Below, one piece after another: positions 46,899 through 55,739 of a stretch of DNA of 58,947 bases. A model generated the notes under the pieces. That model searched no databases. It had not been told where the DNA came from and was given only the letters and a program-made list of their open reading frames with translations. Source of the stretch: Gemmatimonadota bacterium (GTDB taxonomy: Bacteria > Latescibacterota > UBA2968 > UBA8231). A program made the translations under genes and the position numbers. Numbering within the stretch: the first letter of the stretch is position 1; the number at the start of each line of letters is the position of its first letter. The stretch lies in NCBI GenBank assembly GCA_038128265.1, contig JAYPJE010000022.1:1-58947 (forward strand), given 5' to 3'.

Positions 46899-49800
46899 TT
46901 AGCGCAGCAGCAGCATCTTGCGCACGGCGCGGTGTTCCCCGCTGCGCAGGTGTGCCAAATAGGCACCCGAAGCGACGGCGCGCCCGGACTGGTCGCGCCC
47001 ATCCCAAGAAACCGTGTAAAAACCGGCCGAGCGCACCTCGGCGATCAAGGTGCGCACGCGCTGACCCAGCCCGTCGTAGATCTCCAGCGTTACGCGCCCG
47101 GCCTCTGGCAGCGTAAAGCGCAGCTGCGTTTCGGGGTTAAAAGGGTTGGGATAATTCGGCAGCAGGGCAAAAGCCGCCGGCACCGTTCGCGCCGCCAGCG
47201 GCTGGTGGCGTACCAGCGCCGCGTCGACCCACTCGGCGTCGCGCAGCTGTACTGCGGCGGGGCCATCGCCGATGCGGCGCAGCACAACCTGCGCAACCTC
47301 ACTGGAGCCCGTTGCACCGCGCTGGTAACCGCTCAGAGCAATACCTAAATCTAGCTCGCCGCGCCCTATACGCCGGGCCGTCACGCTGCTACGCCCGGCA
47401 AAGGCGCGCACGTCGACGTCCTCGACTTCCCACACCTGCTCGTCAAAGACCAGTCGAAAGCCGAGTGCGCGCGCATCGACGAGCCCGTCGGCCACGATGT
47501 CGACAGTCCACAGCCCGTCGCGCTCTTGGCCAACGGTGCGCCACGGCGCTGGAGCTACAAGCGGAGCGGCCACCTTGTAGACCGGAGCGACGCCCTGCTG
47601 GTTGAAATTGGCGGCGACGACGTTCAGATCGGCGATCCACACCAGGCTATCGCCGTCGATATCGGCTAGGCGTCCCGGAAGCGGAGCTGCGGCATCGGCT
47701 CCTTCACTGGCGACCACCACCCTCTGTCCGAAATACGCTACGACAAAGTCGACGTCGAGCTGGTCGATCTCGTTGTCGGGAATCGACACCCCATTTGTGT
47801 CGACGTAGCCCGTTATATCGCCAGCGATGAGATAACCCGGATCGTCGAAGCCGTTGGCCAGGCGCGTGGGATTGATATCGCTTAGCACGGTGCCCGGATC
47901 GACGCGCAGCAGCGGATACTGGCCGTCCAAATAGCCGTCGACGTGGATGGCCAGCTGATATTCGCCGCTCGGCACCTTGAGCAGATCAAAGCTGCCGTCG
48001 CTAGCCAACGAGTCCTGCACGCCGTCTTTGGCACTGTCCAAATCGTTGGTCGCCATAAATATTGAGTCGGCAATAGGCGCAAAGCTGTTGCGATCGCGCA
48101 GCATCAGCGTGGCAACGCCGGCCGGATTGGGGCGTCCCTGCAGGGCCACCCGACCGCGAATCGAGCCGCGCGGCAAGATCTTTATGCGCATCGCCGTTTC
48201 GGGTGGCAGCAAGGCGACCATGGCTCCATCGCGAAAAAAGGCCGACTGGCGGTTACCCAGATGGTCGATGCTAACGGTGGAAGCGCCCGTTGTATCGCGG
48301 CAGACCAACTGAACGCTGGCGATTGATAGCTCGCCATCAAAGCGGCCATTACCCTGCTGCTCAAAATAGACCAGGTCGAGCAGGTACTTGCCCGCATTGA
48401 GACTGTCGACGCCGACCAACAGCGTATCGCGCAGCACGATGCCACTCAGTGTGGGATTGAGTTTAAACGGCTGTATGCCTGGCAGGCTGGTATCCTGATC
48501 GACCACGGTAAAAAACGTCGTGTCGACGCTGGCAAAAAAGCTCAACAGGTCGACCTCGGCCCCGCCGCTGTGCGGCCGCACTTCAATGCGCGCCGTATCG
48601 CCGGGTGCACTCATCGTCAGTTCGGCTGGTACAAATTCGACGTCTGGCGTATCGAGGCCTGCCGCCCCAGCTGGTCCGAGTCCGCTGATGCGCACGCGGC
48701 CTTTCGCCTTTCGCGCCAGCGCCGAGTCGGGCGGTGCACTCGATGTCGATTCGGAAATTAACACATAGGCGTAGTAGTCGCCGTTTACCAGCGGCTGCGC
48801 GCTGCCATCGAGCGCGCGCGTCATCCGTCCCGGTCGCACCGCCAGCGCACTCGTCGCGTCTTCGCTCAGCGCCGCAGCGGCGGCCATGCTGCCGTCGCTG
48901 GAATTGGCCACCCAATCGCTCATGCCGTCTCCTACCAGGGCCGCATAGTGGGTTGAATCGCCCAATGCGGCCGCGGCAGACGCCGAGGTCAGCACTACCC
49001 ATAGCTGAGCCGCTCCATCGACGTCCACGGCTTCCCAAACTACTTCGAAATTGCTCCTCCCGTCGACTTCGAGCAGCTCAAATGGCGAGAGAACGCGCAG
49101 ATGCGGGCGGTGGAGAAAGCGCAGGCTGCGCGCCGCTCCATTGCCGTCGTTCCAGCGCACGACCCGCTTCGTCGAGTCGTTTTGCACAATGCCGTAGAGC
49201 GCGTAGTCGACGCCCTCTTTGGGCACGCCGCTGCCGTCGGGATTTTTATAGCGCCACAAATCCCACACGTATTGGTTATCGGCCCGACCATCCGGTTTTT
49301 CCTGCAAACCGGAGACAATCCGATGCGTATCGAGGGTCGAATCGGCGGCAGCAGCCTCTAGCTCAGCCGCACCACCCGGCACCGCAAAGGCGCTATTGTC
49401 GCTGTAGTAAAGGGCAATCTGCGCACTATCTCCGCGCGCGACATCGCCATCGATGCCATTATCCCCATTCCAAGTGATGGCATAGTAGCGTTCGGCTTTT
49501 CCGCCTCCCGTCTCAATTGTGCGGTTTTCCCGGCTGTCCAGGATCAACAGGGGCGAGTGACGGACGTTGTAGGTATGTGCACTGCGGCGAATACCCAGCG
49601 ACTTGCCATCGGTTATTACCGCGTAGACGTAGTAATTTCCGCGCGCGACAAAAACCGAATCGTTTGGAGCAACCTTCCAATTGAGCTCTGTATCGCGCCC
49701 TTCAAAGAGCGCTTTGGCACTGTCGATAAAGGTGGCGTTAGTCAGGCCCGTAATCGTGCGGTTGGGCACTGTCCCAGTCGTCTGTACAAAGGTCGTATCA

Positions 49801-50951
49801 AGAGTATCTGCTGCCGCGTAAAAGAGCTTGACCGATGCGCTGTCGTCGTAGTCGACCACCTGAAAGGGAATGGTCACCTGCACGCGCGTGCTGTCGACGG
49901 GACCTGCGCTGCCCTTGTCCAAGCTCAGCAGGCGCCCCGAGTCAATAAAATCGGCATCGTTGCTGAGAAACGATCCAACGCCCAGAACGACGGGCATATG
50001 GCGCACGACAATGCCGCGGCTGCGCATCAGCGGGAAGTGGCCCGTTAGATCCGACGTCATATACAGGTAGTAGGTCGTTGTGTCGAGCAGAGCCGATGCA
50101 TCAAAGGCCACGGCCAGCGAATCGCCCTCGCTTGCCCCTACGACAGCCCGCGTCAGGCGGTTCGTGGCGCGCGCGGCTACGGATGTATCGACGCGATCCA
50201 GCGTGTCGCGCTGCGAAAGCCAAAAGTGATAGCGCGTGTCATTGCCGTCGTTGCCGTCTGCAAAGGCGATTCCAGCCTGGGCAATTGCATTGCTCGTCAG
50301 ATTTCCCCTGCGGTCACTCAGCAGATCCGGCAGAGCGGTAGAAAAAGCCGGGCTCGCCGTCTCTGGATAGGCATCGCCTTGGGCGTTGGTCGCCGTGTCG
50401 GCCGCACTCTCGACAAAGAGCCTGGTAAACGTAGCCAAGCGCAGCTCGCGTGGCTCAACCAATTCGAGCACCAAGCCACCGGCCGGGATAGACTGTTCGT
50501 TGGGATTGGAAAAAGCGACCTGCCCATAAATTGCGGTGGGCAGCACGGGCTGTGCCGGCGTGGTGATCGGATAGTGTATATACACTTTGCCCACCATACC
50601 GCCCGTGCCGCTGGTCAGGAGGATTTTGCTGGACGTGCTGCCGACGACAGAGGTATAGCCCGTGCCCGTAGCCGATGAGTCGTCGAGGGCAATTTCGTCC
50701 TCAACGCTGCCGTCTCCATCCAAATCGGCAACGGCAATACCGGCGGGCAGGCTGATTGAGATGGTATTGCCCGCCGATGGATTGCGCGTCAGTGCAATGG
50801 CTAAGCGCTGCCAGTACGGGTTGCTCGTCGAAGCCCCTTTGGGCACCCGCGAAAGACTCTGCGGAGACAGTGCAACCGACTGTGCAGCAATGTCCTGCAG
50901 CGAAAGCAACAGCGTTCCTAGCAGGACCAATAAAAGGAAAGATCTATTCAT
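46899..50951 (-). CDS. Large secreted scaffold-like protein: unknown N-terminal region, cohesin-like, beta-sandwich, dockerin, second cohesin-like, FlgD-Ig/T9SS-like tail (paralog of 38270-42274)
   Basis: Signal peptide MNRSFLLLVLLG (ATG 50951; TTG 50960 alternative); VVDQDTSLPGIQPF; dockerin GDITG..DNEIDQLDV / ADIDGDSLVWIADL; NYPNPFNPETQL...MLLLR. Confidence 0.82.
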   Translation of the reverse strand: MNRSFLLLVLLGTLLLSLQDIAAQSVALSPQSLSRVPKGASTSNPYWQRLAIALTRNPSAGNTISISLPAGIAVADLDGDGSVEDEIALDDSSATGTGYTSVVGSTSSKILLTSGTGGMVGKVYIHYPITTPAQPVLPTAIYGQVAFSNPNEQSIPAGGLVLELVEPRELRLATFTRLFVESAADTATNAQGDAYPETASPAFSTALPDLLSDRRGNLTSNAIAQAGIAFADGNDGNDTRYHFWLSQRDTLDRVDTSVAARATNRLTRAVVGASEGDSLAVAFDASALLDTTTYYLYMTSDLTGHFPLMRSRGIVVRHMPVVLGVGSFLSNDADFIDSGRLLSLDKGSAGPVDSTRVQVTIPFQVVDYDDSASVKLFYAAADTLDTTFVQTTGTVPNRTITGLTNATFIDSAKALFEGRDTELNWKVAPNDSVFVARGNYYVYAVITDGKSLGIRRSAHTYNVRHSPLLILDSRENRTIETGGGKAERYYAITWNGDNGIDGDVARGDSAQIALYYSDNSAFAVPGGAAELEAAAADSTLDTHRIVSGLQEKPDGRADNQYVWDLWRYKNPDGSGVPKEGVDYALYGIVQNDSTKRVVRWNDGNGAARSLRFLHRPHLRVLSPFELLEVDGRSNFEVVWEAVDVDGAAQLWVVLTSASAAAALGDSTHYAALVGDGMSDWVANSSDGSMAAAAALSEDATSALAVRPGRMTRALDGSAQPLVNGDYYAYVLISESTSSAPPDSALARKAKGRVRISGLGPAGAAGLDTPDVEFVPAELTMSAPGDTARIEVRPHSGGAEVDLLSFFASVDTTFFTVVDQDTSLPGIQPFKLNPTLSGIVLRDTLLVGVDSLNAGKYLLDLVYFEQQGNGRFDGELSIASVQLVCRDTTGASTVSIDHLGNRQSAFFRDGAMVALLPPETAMRIKILPRGSIRGRVALQGRPNPAGVATLMLRDRNSFAPIADSIFMATNDLDSAKDGVQDSLASDGSFDLLKVPSGEYQLAIHVDGYLDGQYPLLRVDPGTVLSDINPTRLANGFDDPGYLIAGDITGYVDTNGVSIPDNEIDQLDVDFVVAYFGQRVVVASEGADAAAPLPGRLADIDGDSLVWIADLNVVAANFNQQGVAPVYKVAAPLVAPAPWRTVGQERDGLWTVDIVADGLVDARALGFRLVFDEQVWEVEDVDVRAFAGRSSVTARRIGRGELDLGIALSGYQRGATGSSEVAQVVLRRIGDGPAAVQLRDAEWVDAALVRHQPLAARTVPAAFALLPNYPNPFNPETQLRFTLPEAGRVTLEIYDGLGQRVRTLIAEVRSAGFYTVSWDGRDQSGRAVASGAYLAHLRSGEHRAVRKMLLLR

Positions 50952-51067
50952 GTTTTTCAACTTTTAGCCGACATATAAGACACAATTGCCTCATTTAGTA
51001 TATCGCGCTTAGCGGCATTTACTTTAACTACCACTTTCGCTTACATTAGGAAAAAATCTGCGTTTTT
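50952..51067. promoter_or_regulatory. AT-rich divergent promoter region
   Basis: Markedly AT-rich gap between two divergently oriented giant genes; TATACT on the minus strand at 50997-51002; no clear -35. Confidence 0.45.
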
Positions 51068-54000
51068 ATGCCCATCCAGCGACTCCACATTCTCATTTTT
51101 GCCTTTGTGGCCACCCTTGTAGGGGTTCCCTCTTCTCCCGCACAAACCATTTCGACGCTAGCGGGAACGGGCGGTCAGGGCTACGCCGGCGACGGCGGAT
51201 CGCCCACCAGCGCCGTGCTGAGTTTGCCCGCGGCGGTGTGGGGCGATACAACGGGCGTGCTCTTTATTGCCGATACGGGCAACAACGCGATCCGCCGGCT
51301 CAACGCTACCCGCGACACAATTTTCGCCTATGCAGGCAGTGGAACGGGGGGTTTTTCGGGCGACGGCGGCGCGGCCACAGCCGCTAAGCTCAGCGCACCC
51401 GGCGGCGTCTTTGTCGACAGCACCGGCGTCGTCTACATCGCCGATACGGGCAATAACCGCATTCGACGTATTGACGCCGGCGGCAACATTGCGACCATTG
51501 CCGGCAAGGACAGCGCCGGCTTCTCGGGCGACGGCGGCGCGGCCACAGCGGCCAAGCTCAGAGGACCAACAGCCGTTTTTGCGCGCGGTGGCTTTGTGTA
51601 TATCGCCGACACGGGCAACAATCGCATCCGCCGTATTGACGCCAGCGGCAATATTGCGACCATTGCCGGCAAGGACACGACGGCGGGCCTCTTTATCGAC
51701 GATACGGCAGCCACCCGCGCTACGCTGAACCGGCCCAGCGGCCTCTTCGTCGACCGCAACCACGACATCTACATTGCCGACACCAACCACCATCGGATTC
51801 GCAAACTAGCGGCCAGCGATAGCACGCTGACGACCGTCGTCGGCAGCGGCCTACCTGGGTCGACGGGCGACGGTGATCTGCCCATCCACGCGCGGCTGGC
51901 GTTTCCATCGACGGTGGTCGTCGACACGTTTGGCACAATATACGTAGCCGACCGCTTTAACCACCGCATTCGCCGCGCCAATCCGGCCGGCAATATCACC
52001 AGCATAGCCGGCCTGGGCACCTCGGCCTTCAGCGGCGATGGCGCCGCGGCCAACCGCGCCGAATTGGCCAGTCCAAACGGCCTTTTCCTGCGCGGCGATA
52101 CGCTCTTTGTGGCCGATCAGAGCAACCACCGACTGCGCAAAATCGCGCCGGACCACAGCGCGGGCCTGAGCGGTGCCAGCACGCTGGGCCCCGGCAGAGA
52201 GACCAAGCTGCTGAGTATTGCTCTGACCGGCGATGGATCAACCACGGTCAACGGCCTCAGCTTTACGGTGTCCGACCTGGCAACGGCAACCGGACTCAGC
52301 ACGGCCGACTTCAGCGAGTTTCGCCTCTACGAAAGCAGTGATGCAACGCTGGGCGACGATCAGCTACTCGGCCGGATCGACGCGGCCGACGTCACTCTCG
52401 GCACGCGCGCGACGATCGTCGCCTCGACGTTCTCTACGCCGGCCGCCGGCACGACGCGCTACTACATTCTTTCTGCGCGGCTGACGCGGACGGCGACGCA
52501 GGGACATGCCCTGCGCGTTTCGGCCCAAACCGGGGCTCTATCGACCGACACGGGCGGGCGCGGCGCGCGCATCTACGCACGCGACGCAGATAAGATAACG
52601 GTCGATGCGGTCGCGACTAAGCTGGTATTTCACACCCAGCCCAGCGGCGGTTTCACCGGCGCGGCACTAAGCCGCCAGCCCGTAGTCGAAGCCGTGGACG
52701 ACAGCGGCTTTGTCGACTACGACTTTCGCGACACGCTGGTCGTCAGCAGTTCGGGCAGCGGCACCCTGCTGCACAACACGGCCATTGCCGACAGCGGCCG
52801 GGCGACGTTCGACAACCTGAGCTACAGCACGGCCGTCGACGACGAATCGATTACGCTCAGCGTGAACAATGTGGCCGACCCGGCGCACGCGGCGCTAACA
52901 GCCGCTCAGTCCAACGCTCTCACCATTAACGTTGTCAACGACCCGCCGACCGTCAATTTCCCCTCACTCGTCTTCCGAGAGGACGAAGAGTTGGGCTACC
53001 GCGTGCTTGTCCGCGACATCGTATCCGATGTCGATGACACCACGTTCACCTTTACTTTTAAGAGCAGCCATATTGTCGCACGCGCGACCGCAGACAGCCT
53101 TATTGTCCTACCCGCTGCCAATTTTTTCGGCATCGACACGCTGACCGTAACGGCCATTGATGCCTTTGGCCTGCAGCACAGCGATAGCGGCATTATCGAA
53201 GTACAGGCCGTCAACGACGCCCCGGCATTGAATTTACCAGCCAGTTTACAGTGGGCCGAAGACGAGACGCTGCACGTCGATATGACGACCCAAGTTAGCG
53301 ATGTGGACAACGACTTTTCCAGCTTACAGCTGAGCTTTGTTGCATCCGATGGCCTGTCGCAGCGCTACACCAGCACCAGCGGCCAGCTGCAGCTGTGGAC
53401 TGCACCCGATGCCAGCGGCACCTTCTCGCTGGACGTGCAGGCCAGCGACGGCCTGGCAAATTCCGGCACTAAGACCGTCGCTATCCAGATAGAGCCGCGC
53501 AACGACCCGCCGCAGATCGCCCTGCGCGATACGTCGATCCTGCAGGGCGGGAGCGTTGTCGTCGACTTGGCCAGCGCGACTGTCGATATAGACGACTCTC
53601 TCAGCGCGCTGCGCTGGAGCGCGGCCAGCGATTCTCTGATCGACATTGAGATTGACAGTGCGGGTCGGGCAACGGTGCGACCGGTGGGCACGTTCTCGGG
53701 GGTGCGCGACCTCCCCTTCAGCGTGGCCGACTCGAGCGGAGCCAGCGCGGCTGACACGCTGCGCCTAACGGTCCTGCGCGTAAATCAGCCGCCCACACTT
53801 TCCGGCCTGCCCGACGCGCAGATGGCTCCCGGCGACACGCTGCTCGTCGATCTGACACAGTACGGCTCCGACCCAGATGACTCATCGTCTAGCCTGATCT
53901 GGAGCGTGGGGTCTACAGCCACGACCCAAACCCTTCTCAGCGGCAGCGCGTTGCGCCTCATCGCTCCGACAAGCGCAACATCCTATACGGAAAATATCAG

Positions 54001-55732
54001 CGTGCGCGTCTTCGACCTGCTGGGATTTTCCGCGCAGGATACGTTTACCGTGCGCGTTGAGGCTCTGCAGCCCCCAATCACCGCGTTGCCCGACCTCTCG
54101 TTCAGTGCCGACAGCACGCTCACAGTCGACCTGCAGCCCTACCTGTCAGCGGAGGTAAACTCGCTGGCCGCAGCACCCAACGATTCGCTCCATATTACCA
54201 TCGATGTGGAAGAAAAAAAGGCCGTCGTGAGCACGCGCGACGGCTTCAAAGGCGAGACAACGCTGATACTACAGGCCAGCACCGAAAGAGGCGCAACCGG
54301 CACCGACACCGTCGCCATTAATATCACCAACCCCTCGCCAACGCTGCGCACCTTTCCGGAGCTCTTTGTCGACGCCGGCGCCTCCATCCAACTCGAGTTG
54401 GACTCCTACGCACAGGACGACGAAGCGCTGGCACACCTGCGTTGGAGTGCTCTGCCCGACGCCGGCCTGCAAATTAGCATTCACGGCACGCTGCACATCG
54501 CCACGATCAGTGCCAGCAGCGAGGCACGCGGTCCACGCCGCGTGGTCTTTACGGCCACCGATGCACAGGGCGCCAGCGCCACCGACACCTTGCGCCTAAC
54601 CGTGCACAGTCCAGACGACGCTACGGCCACCAATATCGCACCCAGCCTGCGCGATCTGCCCGCGCTCTTTATCGATGCGGGCACCGGTGCCCAACTCGCA
54701 CTGGACACGTATGCCCAGGACGACCAGCCGCTGCAGTTCCTGCGCTGGAGCGCGCAGGCCGATTCCGGCCTATACGTGACCATCGACGATTCGCTACGCC
54801 TGATCACCGTCTTGGCCGATAGCACCAGCGCCGGCCTGCTGCGCGTGGCGCTAACGGCCACCGACGCCCAAGGCGCCAGTGCCACTGACACCCTACAGGT
54901 CACTGTGCACGAGCAGACAAACGGGGCAGGCAGCAATAGCACGCCCATCCTTGACGGCTTGCCACCGCTCTTTATCGACGCCGGCACAGCTACGCAACTG
55001 GCGCTGAACAACTACGTGCAGGACGACCAGCCACTGCGGTTTCTGCGCTGGAGTGCGCAGGCCGATTCCGGCTTATACGTGACCATCGACGACTCGCTGC
55101 GCATCGCTACCCTAGCCGCCGATAGCACCAGCGCCGGCGCGCTGCGCGTGCTATTCACCGCGACCGATGCCGAAGGGGCCAGCGCTACCGACACGCTGCA
55201 CGTCACCGTGCACGGCCTGGGCGCGGACGATGGCCCACTCATCATCAACAAGGCCCCCACTTTAGCCGCCATTCCATCCCAGCAATTCAACAGCGATGCA
55301 ACCATTCGCCTACTCCTCGATCGCTATGCGGCGGACGATGCACCGAAAGAACAATTAGCATGGAGCGCGCTGGCTACACCGGAAGAAATCGTTCGCATAG
55401 AAATTGATTCGCTGGGCGCAGCCACCCTCTCCGCCGTGCAGCCAGGCCGCGCCGAAGTTATCTTCACCGCCACCGATGCCGGAGGACTGAAGGCGAGCAC
55501 ACGCGTGGAGTTGGTCATTTTGCCACCGCTAAGCGAAAAGCCAACCGGCGATTTCAACGACAACTGGCGCGTCGACTACGAGGACTTTTTTCAGCTTATC
55601 GACGCCATGGGGCTGACGCCGCTCCACCCCGATTGGGAACCCACCCTAGACCTAGACTTCGACGGCCGCATCTCCATCGACGACTTTTTCATTTTTGCCG
55701 ATTCGTTTAACGCCCACAATACGGGACGCTAA
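51068..55732 (+). CDS. Large secreted protein: NHL-repeat propeller, tandem Ig/cadherin-like repeats, C-terminal dockerin
   Basis: Signal peptide; GF.GDGG.AT.A.L..P...YIADTGNNRIRRID NHL repeats; VNDPP/VNDAP/VNQPP Ig linkers; GDFNDNWRVDYEDFF...DLDFDGRISIDDFFIFADSF at the C-terminus. Confidence 0.87.
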   Translation: MPIQRLHILIFAFVATLVGVPSSPAQTISTLAGTGGQGYAGDGGSPTSAVLSLPAAVWGDTTGVLFIADTGNNAIRRLNATRDTIFAYAGSGTGGFSGDGGAATAAKLSAPGGVFVDSTGVVYIADTGNNRIRRIDAGGNIATIAGKDSAGFSGDGGAATAAKLRGPTAVFARGGFVYIADTGNNRIRRIDASGNIATIAGKDTTAGLFIDDTAATRATLNRPSGLFVDRNHDIYIADTNHHRIRKLAASDSTLTTVVGSGLPGSTGDGDLPIHARLAFPSTVVVDTFGTIYVADRFNHRIRRANPAGNITSIAGLGTSAFSGDGAAANRAELASPNGLFLRGDTLFVADQSNHRLRKIAPDHSAGLSGASTLGPGRETKLLSIALTGDGSTTVNGLSFTVSDLATATGLSTADFSEFRLYESSDATLGDDQLLGRIDAADVTLGTRATIVASTFSTPAAGTTRYYILSARLTRTATQGHALRVSAQTGALSTDTGGRGARIYARDADKITVDAVATKLVFHTQPSGGFTGAALSRQPVVEAVDDSGFVDYDFRDTLVVSSSGSGTLLHNTAIADSGRATFDNLSYSTAVDDESITLSVNNVADPAHAALTAAQSNALTINVVNDPPTVNFPSLVFREDEELGYRVLVRDIVSDVDDTTFTFTFKSSHIVARATADSLIVLPAANFFGIDTLTVTAIDAFGLQHSDSGIIEVQAVNDAPALNLPASLQWAEDETLHVDMTTQVSDVDNDFSSLQLSFVASDGLSQRYTSTSGQLQLWTAPDASGTFSLDVQASDGLANSGTKTVAIQIEPRNDPPQIALRDTSILQGGSVVVDLASATVDIDDSLSALRWSAASDSLIDIEIDSAGRATVRPVGTFSGVRDLPFSVADSSGASAADTLRLTVLRVNQPPTLSGLPDAQMAPGDTLLVDLTQYGSDPDDSSSSLIWSVGSTATTQTLLSGSALRLIAPTSATSYTENISVRVFDLLGFSAQDTFTVRVEALQPPITALPDLSFSADSTLTVDLQPYLSAEVNSLAAAPNDSLHITIDVEEKKAVVSTRDGFKGETTLILQASTERGATGTDTVAINITNPSPTLRTFPELFVDAGASIQLELDSYAQDDEALAHLRWSALPDAGLQISIHGTLHIATISASSEARGPRRVVFTATDAQGASATDTLRLTVHSPDDATATNIAPSLRDLPALFIDAGTGAQLALDTYAQDDQPLQFLRWSAQADSGLYVTIDDSLRLITVLADSTSAGLLRVALTATDAQGASATDTLQVTVHEQTNGAGSNSTPILDGLPPLFIDAGTATQLALNNYVQDDQPLRFLRWSAQADSGLYVTIDDSLRIATLAADSTSAGALRVLFTATDAEGASATDTLHVTVHGLGADDGPLIINKAPTLAAIPSQQFNSDATIRLLLDRYAADDAPKEQLAWSALATPEEIVRIEIDSLGAATLSAVQPGRAEVIFTATDAGGLKASTRVELVILPPLSEKPTGDFNDNWRVDYEDFFQLIDAMGLTPLHPDWEPTLDLDFDGRISIDDFFIFADSFNAHNTGR
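51350..51678 (+). repeat. Two highly similar NHL-repeat units (period about 165-168 nt)
   Basis: tcgggcgacggcggcgcggccacagc recurs at about 51356 and 51524; attgccggcaaggaca recurs at 51497 and 51662. Confidence 0.8.
54361..55215 (+). repeat. Three tandem 303-bp Ig-like domain repeats
   Basis: gctcttt(g/a)tcga(c/t)gc(c/g)ggc at 54361, 54664 and 54967; copies 2 and 3 are nearly identical over long stretches (e.g. gcgcaggccgattccggc, tatacgtgaccatcgacga). Confidence 0.85.
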
Positions 55733-55739
55733 GCCCCGG

